Assembly (NCBI GenBank): GCA_965223415.1 | Contig: OZ245002.1 | Location: 4,448,001 to 4,512,000 of the forward strand | Direction of reading: 5' to 3' | DNA length: 64,000 nt | DNA from: Myxococcota bacterium | GTDB lineage: Bacteria > Myxococcota_A > UBA9160 > UBA6930 | Shown: piece after piece, positions 36,222 to 46,771 of the stretch | Layout: each line of letters opens with the position of its first letter | Numbering within the stretch: the first letter of the stretch is position 1 | Notes under the pieces: model-generated | What the model saw: the letters and a program-made list of their open reading frames with translations, nothing else | The model's database searches: none | Told to the model about the DNA's origin: nothing | Position numbers and translations under genes: made by a program

Positions 36222-38351
36222 ATGGCAGCGAGCCCGTCCTTCTTCGATCTGGTCCGCTCCGCCGGCTGGGAGGTCGCCGACGACCTGGTCGAGCTCGTGC
36301 GGCTGGCCTGGTGGATCCATGGCGAACGCGTGCAGGGCGAGGTGCGGGACGGCGATACGGTCTCGCGCTCGACCTGGATGCACGCCGGCTGTCTGCAGAG
36401 TGGCCGCGTGCGCGAGGCCTTCGATGGGTCCGGGCTCGACTGGGACGCCTGGGTGGAGGGCCTGGGCCTGGCGTCGCACGGGGTGCCGTCCAAGCTCGCA
36501 GGCCGCGAGGACGTGCAGGTCAACCCGGCCTACGTGGGAGCGGCGCTCGATGCGTTGGCTCGTGAGGGGATCGAGCGACCCCTGACGTCCGCAGGCTTCC
36601 TATACGGCATCGCGCTCAGCCTCCGCGATGGGAAGGGCGGCGGACGCATCGCAAAGCGTCTCGAGGCCGCCGGAGCGGACCTCAAGAGGCTGGCCTTTCA
36701 TCTGGAGGAGGCATGGCAGGGGCGCGAGCCGGCCCCGTCGGCTTCGACCGCTCCGCGTTCGTCGCGGAAGCCGGCCCCGTCGGCCAAGACCTCTCCGCGT
36801 TCGTCGCGGAAGCCGGGTCTGTCGGTATCGACCGCTTCGGGTCCGACGCGGCAGGACGTAGCGGCCTACGCCGCCGACGCCGTCGCCGAGCGCGACGCAC
36901 TCGGCCGGCGCGGGTTCGCCCGTGCCCTGGCCTTGCGCATGGGCGCGGTGTGGCGTGCCGAGAATCCGGAGGGCCGGGAGTCGGGGGAGTACGGGTACGC
37001 CGTGCAGCTGGATGGTCCGTGGGGCTCCGGCAAGACCACTCTGCTCGAGTTCGTGGCCCGCGAGCTGGCGGGAGCGCCGGAGCCCTGGGCGATCGTCCGC
37101 TTCAACGCATGGAAGCACCAGCGACTCGATCCGCCGTGGTGGGCGCTCTACCGGGCAGTCCTGTCGGGCGGCCTGCCCACCGAGCCCGGGCCCATGCGCC
37201 GGATCCTGTGGCGCGACTTCTGGTGGCGCGTCTGGCATCTGCCCGGGAGCCAGCCTGCCCGCGCACTGGCGTTGGTCGGGGCGGCACTGGTGCTGATCCT
37301 GATCGTTCTAGGTACCTGGAACCAGCTCGGACCCAGCAACTGGGCGACCGCCGCCAAGGCCGGGTCGGCCGTTCTCGCCCTGGGCATGACGCTCTTCGCC
37401 CTGCTCGGCTCCCGCTCGTCTCCTGCCTCGGCGAAGCGCTTCGAAGACCTGGCCAACGACTCGATGGGTGAGCTCCGCGATCACTATCGCCGGCTCGTCA
37501 AGGAAATGGATCGTCCCATTCTCGTTCTCGTTGACGACCTGGACCGCTGCGAGCCCGGCTACGTCGTGCGCCTGGTGGAGGGCATCCAGACCCTGTTCTC
37601 CCACTCCCGCGTCTTCTGGATCATGGCCGCGGACCGGCGCTGGCTGACCGCCTGCTTCGAGGAGGGCTTCGCGAAGATCCAGGGCGTCGCCGAGCCGGGC
37701 CGGCCGCTGGGCCGGCTGTTCCTCGCCAAGGCGTTCCAGCTCGAGGTGTCGGTGCCGGGCATGCACCCGGAGCTGAAGCTCCAGTTCCTGAACGAGTTCC
37801 TGGGCGGGAAGCTCGGCAGCTTTGCCCAGCGCCTGCAGGAGGCCGAGGGACGCGCCCATCGGGAGTTCTCCGCCGGCGGAGTGACCGAGACCCTGGGGCG
37901 CCTGGTCGACGACGACGCCGGAGCCGACGACGTTGTCGAGGAGATGGCGCGCCGCCAGGCGGCGATCGTGCACCTGGCCGGCCAGGAGCCCGAGGAGGAG
38001 ACGGAGCACTACTTGTCGGGCTTCGTCGGCCTCATGGAGTCCAACCCCCGCTCGATCAAGCGGCTGACCCAGGCCTACGGGATGAACCTGGCGGTGGTGA
38101 CCCTCTACGACCCGACGCTCGTGCAGGACGACGCGCAGCGCGACCAGCTCGTGCGCTGGACGATCCTCGGCATGCGCTGGCCCGCCCTCGCGGACGCGTT
38201 CGCCGGTGCGCTCGGCGAGCTGGACACCTTGAGTCCAGCGGCCGTGGGATTCGAGGACCTCGAAGACGACCCCGAGGTGATGAGCGTCCTCGAGGGCGTC
38301 GACGAGGAGACCGTCAAGGAGCTGGTGGCGGCGCTGAGCCCCCGAAACTGA
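36222..38351 (+). CDS. KAP-family P-loop NTPase with two TM helices and an N-terminal Clp-N-like region
   Basis: DALGR, GPWGSGKT, FNAW, TM pair, LVDDLDRC, FLAKAFQ, NPRSIKR; TACGCT -10 lies 7 nt before ATG. Confidence 0.9.
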   Translation: MAASPSFFDLVRSAGWEVADDLVELVRLAWWIHGERVQGEVRDGDTVSRSTWMHAGCLQSGRVREAFDGSGLDWDAWVEGLGLASHGVPSKLAGREDVQVNPAYVGAALDALAREGIERPLTSAGFLYGIALSLRDGKGGGRIAKRLEAAGADLKRLAFHLEEAWQGREPAPSASTAPRSSRKPAPSAKTSPRSSRKPGLSVSTASGPTRQDVAAYAADAVAERDALGRRGFARALALRMGAVWRAENPEGRESGEYGYAVQLDGPWGSGKTTLLEFVARELAGAPEPWAIVRFNAWKHQRLDPPWWALYRAVLSGGLPTEPGPMRRILWRDFWWRVWHLPGSQPARALALVGAALVLILIVLGTWNQLGPSNWATAAKAGSAVLALGMTLFALLGSRSSPASAKRFEDLANDSMGELRDHYRRLVKEMDRPILVLVDDLDRCEPGYVVRLVEGIQTLFSHSRVFWIMAADRRWLTACFEEGFAKIQGVAEPGRPLGRLFLAKAFQLEVSVPGMHPELKLQFLNEFLGGKLGSFAQRLQEAEGRAHREFSAGGVTETLGRLVDDDAGADDVVEEMARRQAAIVHLAGQEPEEETEHYLSGFVGLMESNPRSIKRLTQAYGMNLAVVTLYDPTLVQDDAQRDQLVRWTILGMRWPALADAFAGALGELDTLSPAAVGFEDLEDDPEVMSVLEGVDEETVKELVAALSPRN
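36729..36854 (+). repeat. Three 42-bp tandem repeats encoding a PAPSxxTxPRSSRK linker
   Basis: Units start at 36729, 36771 and 36813 (third is degenerate). Confidence 0.85.
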
Positions 38352-38366
38352 ACGCGGAGAGGCGGG

Positions 38367-38570
38367 CTAGGTCGCCGGCATCTCGGCTGGGTCGAACCCT
38401 GGCCCTGCCTTGCGCCAGGCCGTGCCGAGGAGCCAGGTGTGAGGGTCCGCGGTGGCCCGGAGGTGGCCTCCGAGCCGGGCCCGGGCTTCGGCGACGAGGA
38501 CCCGGTTCCTGGCGGTGCGCTTCCACCCCTCGAACCCGCGGCCGGAGGAGGCCGGATCGATCCGCACGGG
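38367..38570 (-). pseudogene. Probable C-terminal remnant of a RAYT-like (REP-associated) transposase
   Basis: RIDPASSGRGFEGWKR...HTWLLGTAWRKAG..DPAEMP resembles, from recall, myxobacterial RAYT C-termini (DPxSSGxWFDGW...TWLLxxGWRRxG); no HUH core seen. Confidence 0.5.
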
Positions 38571-38726
38571 GCCGGGACGCCCCGGCGTCCCGCAGGAGAG
38601 AAGGAAGCCGCGAAACACCCCGAAAGCGCCCCATCCCAACCGAACCCAAGCCCGCACTCCCTCGAAATCCGCGTAGGCTCCCCACCGGTCGCCCCCGGGC
38701 CTCGCAAGGGCTCCGCGCGAGCCCGC

Positions 38727-39062
38727 CTACGCGCGCTTGGGATGATGCTGCCGGACCTCGCGTCGCTGGGCGAAGATCCGCTTGTCGTGCACGCGTCGCA
38801 GCTGGTGCTCGAGCTTGTGCAGGACCTGGTCGGCGACCTGGGCGGCCTGCTCCCCGGTCGCATGGCTGGCGGCCTCGGTGCGCTTGCCGGTGGCGTGGGC
38901 GCTGGCGGTGTGGCCCAGGCCGTCAGGGGCGAGAGTGACTTCGAGCCGGTTCAGCTCCGGGAACTCCTCTACGATCGCCTGGCAGCGCGCCTCGAGGCGG
39001 CGCCGGGCCTCGTCGGAGAGATCGGTTTCCCTGACGTGCAGTGCGACGGATTCGTTCGCCAT
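38727..39062 (-). CDS. HPF/RaiA-like ribosome-associated protein
   Basis: AADQVLHKLEHQLRRVHDK-type C-terminal helix (VADQVLHKLEHQLRRVHDKR); size fits; GGGGG SD. Confidence 0.72.
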   Translation of the reverse strand: MANESVALHVRETDLSDEARRRLEARCQAIVEEFPELNRLEVTLAPDGLGHTASAHATGKRTEAASHATGEQAAQVADQVLHKLEHQLRRVHDKRIFAQRREVRQHHPKRA

Positions 39063-39087
39063 GGATCCCCCGTGATCGGTCGTTTCG

Positions 39088-39096
39088 ATTCTATCA
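39088..39096 (-). promoter_or_regulatory. Extended -10 promoter of the HPF-like gene, within an inverted repeat
   Basis: TGA-TAGAAT; ccccgtgat/atcacgggg IR at 39068-39101. Confidence 0.55.
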
Positions 39097-39259
39097 CGGG
39101 GCCCCGCCCCGGGGGGCGTCAGAGGCCGAGGCCGATCGGCGGCGGCGGCCTCGGCCAGATGGCCGAGTCCGGGGGCGGGGTGGCCGTGGTATCCGCGTTG
39201 CCTGCCCCGGGGGGCACCACCGACCCGGAAAGCCCAGAGGACCCTTCCTGCGCGACACC

Positions 39260-39376
39260 GTGGCCGCCCTGCTGAGCTGCCTGTCCGGCTTCCTCGGCGA
39301 CGACGAGCGCATCATCGTGCGCGAGGACTCGTCGGAGCTGCCGCTCCAGCATCGGCACGTGCCGCCCTTCGAGGCC
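39260..39376 (+). pseudogene. Fragment resembling CpaF/TadA secretion ATPase
   Basis: LLSCLSGFLGDDERIIVREDSSELPLQHRHVPPFE vs family pattern LLNALSxFIxxDERIVTIEDxAELQLxxxHVVxLE; Walker A and the remainder are missing. Confidence 0.55.
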
Positions 39377-39764
39377 GGTCTCGACCTTCGGCTCGCCGAA
39401 GAGCCATCCCGACGCCGGAGCCCAGCTCTCGGATCGGCTCGTCAACCATCTCTTCGGTCCGCGACCCGAACAGCCTCCGCCGCCCAAGCTGATCGACGTG
39501 CCGATCCACGAATCCGTGCGCGACCCGCTCGGCTCGATCACGACGAAGGGCTTCGCCACGGTCTCGCTGCGCATCTTCGACTCGAACCGCCCGGCGATCG
39601 TGGAGGAATGAGTTCAGCGCCCGCTACGCGCCGGCGCGAAGCTGCCCGAGGACAACGCGGATTGCCGCACCCTGCGCGAGCTGATGCTGGAGCACTCCGA
39701 GCGGGGATTTCTCCCGTCGGGCGGTGGCGCCTGAGCCCGGCGCATCGCGAGGAGCGCGGCAGGT

Positions 39765-39863
39765 TGGCGGAAGCGGACGGGAATCGAACCCGCCGGAACC
39801 GTGTCGCCACGATTCCCACCGGATTTGAAGTCCGGGCGAGGCACCAGCGCTCGAAACGCTTCC
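39765..39863 (-). tRNA. selC: tRNA-Sec(UCA)
   Basis: 99 nt; GGAAGCG start, long D-stem with TGGT loop, CCGGA-CTTCAAA-TCCGG, long variable arm, TTCGATT, CGCTTCC-GCCA end. Confidence 0.95.
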
Positions 39864-39990
39864 GCCGCGCAGGATAGCCCCGATCCGACGCTGCCAGCTC
39901 TGCGGAACGCCGCCGGATCGGGCAAGAAAACGGTTTTCCCCCGCGCGAAGGGCGTTACAATTCCGTTCGGGCCTTACCGGGGGGGAGGCA

Positions 39991-40851
39991 GTGTACTCAC
40001 GGGCGGATACCGCCAAGATCCTGCGCGTGACACCGGCGCGCCTGCGCTACTGGGAGAGCCAGGACCTGGTGCGCCGTTCGGCCGACGACGGCGGCCGGAG
40101 CGCCTTCGCGTTCGAAGACCTGCTGCAGGTGCGCTCCCTCGTGTCGCTGGTCGAGGACGGGGTTCCGGCCCAGCGCATCCGTCGCAGCCTCGACGCCCTG
40201 CGCGCGCGCCTGCCGGAGCTCGAGCGTCCGCTGCGCGCCCTGCGCCTCTCCACAGCCGGAGCCGGCCGGGTCGCGGTGCGCCACGCCGGCGTCCTGATCG
40301 AGCCCGACGGCCAGCTCGCCCTCGACTTCGAGCGGACGGACGCCGGTGCTGCCGACCGCCCCACGCCGCTGGAGCGAGAGGGGGAGCCCAACTCCGGGGC
40401 CCTCGGGTGGTTCGAACGGGGCTGCGAGCTCGACGCGGAGCCGGCACGGCTGGACGAGGCCATCGAGGCCTACCGGCGGGCCATCGCCCTCGATCCGGAC
40501 TTTGCCGACGCCTACTGCAACCTCGGCACGGTGTACTTCAATCGGGGCGATCGGGAGGAGACGCGCCGCTGGTACGAAGCGGCCCTGGAGCGGGACCCGG
40601 GCCACCTGGAGGCCCACTTCAACCTGGCGAACCTCTTCGAGGAGGCGGGGCGGCGGGAGTCGGCGGTGCACCACTACAAGGCCGCCCTCGAGAGCGACCC
40701 GCTCTTCCCGGACGCGCACCTCAACCTGGCGTTGCTCTACGAGAAGCTCGAGCTGCGTCGCACGGCCCGGGAGCACTGGCGCCGCTACCTCCAGCGGGTG
40801 CCGGACGGCAACTGGTCGGAGATCGCGCGCCAGCGCGTCGACGAGGAGTAG
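39991..40851 (+). CDS. MerR-type HTH plus TPR protein
   Basis: YSRADTAKILRVTPARLRYWE; TPRs FADAYCNLG, AHFNLA, AHLNLA. Confidence 0.88.
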   Translation: MYSRADTAKILRVTPARLRYWESQDLVRRSADDGGRSAFAFEDLLQVRSLVSLVEDGVPAQRIRRSLDALRARLPELERPLRALRLSTAGAGRVAVRHAGVLIEPDGQLALDFERTDAGAADRPTPLEREGEPNSGALGWFERGCELDAEPARLDEAIEAYRRAIALDPDFADAYCNLGTVYFNRGDREETRRWYEAALERDPGHLEAHFNLANLFEEAGRRESAVHHYKAALESDPLFPDAHLNLALLYEKLELRRTAREHWRRYLQRVPDGNWSEIARQRVDEE

Positions 40852-40861
40852 CTCTCCTCTC

Positions 40862-42463
40862 CTAGGGGCGCGGCACCGGTGTCATGCGGAAGGTGCGGCG
40901 ATCGACGACCTCGTCGTCCAGGCTCGCCTCGACCCGCCAGATGCCGTGACGCCTGGTGAGCTCCGGCGTGAGCAGGAGCTCCGCGCTCGCTTGGGGTCGT
41001 CGGAGACGCGCGGCGGTGCCTTCGTCGACGACGCTTCCGCTGGGATCGATCCAGCGCACCTGGATCTCGTCGCGGCGGTCGATGTAGTCTGGTTCGACCC
41101 ACGCCCACCAGGTGACCCGATCGTCCCGGGCGTCGAAGGCCTCACGGGAGCGGCCGGCGGGCGTGTCGGCGGACGCGGTCCGGGCGCCGTCGGCGAGGCC
41201 CGCGCGCCCGACGACGGGGAAGATCAATCTGCGCACCGTCGCCTGGGCGCGCTGGGGGAGGTTGCCGCGGCCCTCGAAGCGCCGGGCCGCCTGTTCGAGG
41301 TAGAAGGTCGCCTGCACCGTGTGGCCGAGCTCCTTGTGGGCGAGGCCGAGGTGGTAGTAGTTGAGGGCGACCTCGGGGTCGAGGCGCAGGGCGCGGCGGA
41401 AGGCGACGACCGCCTCCTCGTGCCGCTCCTGCTTCGCCAGCAGCTCGCCCTGCCGGAACCAGATGCGCGGATCCGCCGGGTGGGCCAGGCCCGCCTGCTC
41501 GAGGTTCGCCAGGGCCGCGGCCGTGTCGCCTTGGTCGGCCGCTGCCGCGGCCCGGGCGAGCAGCGCGTCGGCGGCGGGATCGCGGGCGCCGACGGTCTCC
41601 TTCAGCTCCGTGCGGCGCAGCTCGACCATCTGGGCGAGGCGGAACTGGGCTGCGCGAAAGGCGCGATCGAGGTCCGGCGGCCGCGTGCCGGTGACGGTGA
41701 GCCGCTCGGCGCGCTCGATGCCCACCTCGATCCGACTCTCCACCGCCGGATGGCTATAGAGATAGGGCGGCAGCTCGATGCTGGGCAGGTTCCGGGTCGC
41801 CATCAGGCGCTCGAAAAAGCGCACGGCACCGAGCGGGTCGTAGCCGGCCCGCGCCATGAAGGTGGCGCCCAGGGTATCGGCCTCGGCCTCGTGCTCGCGG
41901 GTGTAGGAGAGCTGCAGGGCAACGTTCACGCCCTGGGCGATCACCAACGGCTCGGCCTGGCCGGTGGCCGCCGTGGCGAGGACGCCGGCGAGCTGGGCCA
42001 GCAGGCCGGGGATCGCTGCAGCCTCGGCCCGGCGCGCGTAGTGGTGCGCCTTCACGTGGGCGATCTCGTGGGCCATCACCCCGGCGAGCTCGTCGAGGCT
42101 GCCGGCGTTCAGGATCGTGCCGGTGTGGAAGTAGATCGCGCCGCCCGGCAGGGCGAAGGCGTTCAGGGAGGGATCGACCAGCACCCGGAAGCGGTAGGTG
42201 AACGGCTGCTCGCCGAGCGTGGCCACCAGCGATTGGCCCAGGTCGTTCAGCATCGAGAGCACGAGGGCGTCCTCGATCAGGACCAGGTTGTCTTGGAGCG
42301 TCTGGTCGGCCTCGTAGCCGAGGCTGCGCTCGTCGTAGACGCTGACCTTGCCGAAATTCCCGAGCGGGTTACGGCTGCCGTCGTTCTGGATGCAGGCGGC
42401 GGGACCGAGCGCCAGGCAGAGGGCGAGGGCCCCGACAGGGACGCGAAGCCCGGCCGGCCTCAC
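40862..42463 (-). CDS. M48 metallopeptidase (BepA-like) lipoprotein with TPRs
   Basis: Lipobox-like PAAC; NAFALPGG, HEIAH, EAEAD, YSHP. Confidence 0.9.
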   Translation of the reverse strand: MRPAGLRVPVGALALCLALGPAACIQNDGSRNPLGNFGKVSVYDERSLGYEADQTLQDNLVLIEDALVLSMLNDLGQSLVATLGEQPFTYRFRVLVDPSLNAFALPGGAIYFHTGTILNAGSLDELAGVMAHEIAHVKAHHYARRAEAAAIPGLLAQLAGVLATAATGQAEPLVIAQGVNVALQLSYTREHEAEADTLGATFMARAGYDPLGAVRFFERLMATRNLPSIELPPYLYSHPAVESRIEVGIERAERLTVTGTRPPDLDRAFRAAQFRLAQMVELRRTELKETVGARDPAADALLARAAAAADQGDTAAALANLEQAGLAHPADPRIWFRQGELLAKQERHEEAVVAFRRALRLDPEVALNYYHLGLAHKELGHTVQATFYLEQAARRFEGRGNLPQRAQATVRRLIFPVVGRAGLADGARTASADTPAGRSREAFDARDDRVTWWAWVEPDYIDRRDEIQVRWIDPSGSVVDEGTAARLRRPQASAELLLTPELTRRHGIWRVEASLDDEVVDRRTFRMTPVPRP

Positions 42464-43943
42464 GGGCCGTCGCCGGGCTGCCACCGGAGCACCGGCTTGC
42501 GCGCGGCCCGGGTCTCGTCGAGACGGGTGAGCCGCGTGCGCTGGGGCGCGCTGCGCACGGCCTCCGGATCCTCCCGGGCCTCCCGTGCGATCTCGATCAG
42601 GGTGTCGGCGAAGCGGTCGAGGCCCTCCCGATCCTCGCTCTCGGTGGGCTCGATCATCAGGGCTCCGGGAACGATCAAGGGGAAATAGATCGTCGGCGGG
42701 TGGTAGCCGTGATCGATCAGGCGCTTGGCGACGTCCAGGGTGGTCACGCCGGACTCGGCGAAGCGGCGATCCGAGAGAACGCACTCGTGCATGACGCTGC
42801 CGGCGAAGGGCACGTGGTAGTGCTCCCGCAGGCGCTCGAGCAGGTAGTTCGCATTGAGCACGGCCATTTCGGAGCTGCGCCGAAGCCCCTCCGCACCGAG
42901 GGAGAGGATGTAGGCGTAGGCGCGCACCATCATGCCCACGTTGCCGTGGTTACCGTGGAGCCGGCCGATCGCCTGGGGGCGATCGTGGTCCCAGCGGTAG
43001 CGGCCCGCCTCGCTCCGCTCGACCACGGGAACCGGCAGGAAGGGCTCGAGGGCGTCGACGACGCCTACCGGCCCGGCGCCGGGCCCGCCGCCGCCGTGGG
43101 GCGTCGAGAAGGTCTTGTGCAGGTTGAAGTGCATCACGTCGATGCCTTGGTCCCCGGGGCGGGACAGGCCGAGCATCGCGTTCAGGTTGGCGCCGTCGCC
43201 GTAGACCATGCCGCCGCCGGCGTGCACGATCTCGCAGATGCGGCCGATGTGGGTCTCGAACAGGCCGAGGGTGTTGGGGTTCGTGATCATCAGCGCCGCG
43301 ATCTCGTCGCTCATGGCGGCCTCGACCGCCTCCGGGTGGAGGAGACCGTCGTCGCCCGAGGGCACGGCCACCACGTCGTAGCCGTTCAGGGCCGCGCTGG
43401 CCGGGTTCGTGCCGTGGGCGGAATCCGGGATCATCACCTTGCGGCGACGGCTGTCCCCGCGGCTCTCGTGGTAGGCGCGGATCATCATGATGCCGGCCAG
43501 CTCGCCCTGGGCTCCCGCCGCCGGCTGCAGCGAGACCCGCGCCATGCCGCTGACGGTCGCGAGCAGCGCCTCGAGCTCGTGCATGAGCTCGAGCAGTCCC
43601 TGCACGTCCTCCTCCGGAGCGAAGGGATGGGCGAGGGCGAAGCCCGCCAGCCGCGCGACCCGCTCGTTCAGCTTCGGGTTGTACTTCATGGTGCAGGAGC
43701 CGAGCGGGTAGAGCCCCAGGTCGACCGCCACATTCCAGGTGGAGAGCCGCGTGAAGTGACGCACCACGTCGACCTCGGAGAGCTCCGGCAGGACTGACGG
43801 CTCTTCGCGATGGGCCGGGCCGAGCAGGGCCGCCGCGTCGACCGGCGGCACGTCGAGAGGCGGTAGGTCCACCCCGCGGCGGCCCGGCCGGCTGCGCTCG
43901 AAGACGAGGGGCTCCTCGTAGGAGAGGCCGCGGGTGGCGTTGC

Positions 43944-43947
<4 letters not shown>
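42460..43947 (-). CDS. gcvPB: Glycine dehydrogenase subunit 2
   Basis: YPLGSCTMKYNPK, SAHGTNPAS, NLHKTFSTPHGGGGPG. Confidence 0.96.
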
Positions 43948-45278
<1,331 letters not shown>

Positions 45279-45279
45279 G

Positions 45280-45687
45280 CTAGGAGCCCTGGTCCTCGCG
45301 ATCCCGGATGTGCTTGCCGTAGGCGGCGGCGTCGAGCAGGCCGTCGAGCTCGCTGGCGTCGGCGATGGAGATCACGACCATCCATCCCTCGCCGTAGCAG
45401 TCCTCGTTCACCGACTCGGGGGCTTCGGCGAGGGCTTCGTTCACCTCGACCACTTCGCCGGAGATCGGCGCGTAGAGGTCGGCGACGGTCTTGACGGATT
45501 CGATCACACCGAAGGGCTCGCCCTTCTCGAGGTTGCGCCCGGCTTCCGGCAGCTCGACGAAGACCACGTCCCCGAGCTGCTGCTGGGCGTAGTCGGTGAC
45601 GCCGATCGTCACCCGGCCCCCTTCGTTCCGCGTCCACTCGTCCTCGGCGGAATAGCGCAGCCCGTCGCGAATGTCGTAGTCGCCCAC
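45280..45687 (-). CDS. gcvH: Glycine cleavage H protein
   Basis: GVTDYAQQQLGDVVFVELP, ESVKT lipoyl-Lys. Confidence 0.96.
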   Translation of the reverse strand: MGDYDIRDGLRYSAEDEWTRNEGGRVTIGVTDYAQQQLGDVVFVELPEAGRNLEKGEPFGVIESVKTVADLYAPISGEVVEVNEALAEAPESVNEDCYGEGWMVVISIADASELDGLLDAAAYGKHIRDREDQGS

Positions 45688-45697
45688 CGATTCCCCC

Positions 45698-46771
45698 TCA
45701 GCCCACGAACGGCGTCTCGACCACCCGAGCCGCCACGGGCTTGCCGCGGATCACGACGTCGAAGGTCTCGCCCGGCTCGCCCAGCGCCGGCGGAACGTAG
45801 CCGAGGCCGATGGATTTTCCGAGCGTCGGCGAGGGTGCGCCGGAGGTCACCTCGCCGACGCTCTCACCGTCGCGGGCGATCGGGTAGCCGGCGCGTGCGA
45901 TTCCGCGGCCCGTCATCTCGAAGCCTGCCAGCCGCCGCGTGTGGCCGGCACGGGCTCGCGCACGAATCGCCTCCGCGCCCAGGAAGCCGCCTTCGTCGAG
46001 CTTGACGAAGCGGGCGAGGCCGGCCTCCAGCGGCGAGGTGCGGTCGTCCAGCTCGTGGCCGTAGAGGGGCAGGGCGGCTTCGAGGCGAAGGGTGTCCCGG
46101 GCGCCAAGGCCGCAGGGGCGCGCGCCCGCCCCGGTGAGGGCCTGCCAGAGGTCCCGGGCGGCGCCGGCCGGCCCGTAGATCTCGAAGCCGTCGGAGCCGG
46201 TGTAGCCGGTGCGCGAGAGCAGCACCTTCGCTCCGGCGAACTCGGCCTCGAGGAAGCGGAAGCGGCGGAGGCCGCCCGGAAGCGGGCCGCACAGGCCGGA
46301 CAGGATGGCCGCGCTCTCCGGGCCCTGCAGGGCGAGGAGCGCGGTCTCCGCGCTGCGGTTGCGCACGCCGGCCGCCTCGGGCGCGTGTCGGACGCACCAG
46401 CGATAGTCCTTCTCGACGTTGGCCGCGTTGACGCAGAGGAAGAGGGCGTCCTCCGCGGTGCGGTAGACGGTGACGTCGTCGACGACGCCGCCCTCCTCGT
46501 TGCAGAGGAGTCCGTAGCGGACCCGGCCGATCCGCAAGCTCGCTACCCTGCAGGTGACCAATCGCTCGACCGCGGACACCGCCTCCGGCCCGCCGAAGTG
46601 GAGCTGGCCCATGTGGGAGATGTCGAACACGCCGGCGCCCTCCCGCACCGCCGCATGCTCCTCCTTGATGGAGGTGTACTGGACGGGCATGTCGAAGCCA
46701 GCGAACGCGACCATGCGGGCACCGAGGGCCACGTGGGTGTCGTGCAGGGGCGTGTGCTGGAGCTGGGTCAA
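45698..46771 (-). CDS. gcvT: Glycine cleavage T protein
   Basis: TPLHDTH, FDISHMG, SRTGYTG, GARDTLRLEA; TTG overlaps the folD stop. Confidence 0.96.
   Translation of the reverse strand: MTQLQHTPLHDTHVALGARMVAFAGFDMPVQYTSIKEEHAAVREGAGVFDISHMGQLHFGGPEAVSAVERLVTCRVASLRIGRVRYGLLCNEEGGVVDDVTVYRTAEDALFLCVNAANVEKDYRWCVRHAPEAAGVRNRSAETALLALQGPESAAILSGLCGPLPGGLRRFRFLEAEFAGAKVLLSRTGYTGSDGFEIYGPAGAARDLWQALTGAGARPCGLGARDTLRLEAALPLYGHELDDRTSPLEAGLARFVKLDEGGFLGAEAIRARARAGHTRRLAGFEMTGRGIARAGYPIARDGESVGEVTSGAPSPTLGKSIGLGYVPPALGEPGETFDVVIRGKPVAARVVETPFVG

Noticed and set aside
39609..39611. In-frame TGA next to tRNA-Sec as a second selenocysteine codon
   Set aside because: The frame has no start codon or SD at its 5' end, no redox-motif context and no convincing SECIS loop; a nonsense mutation in a relic is more likely.
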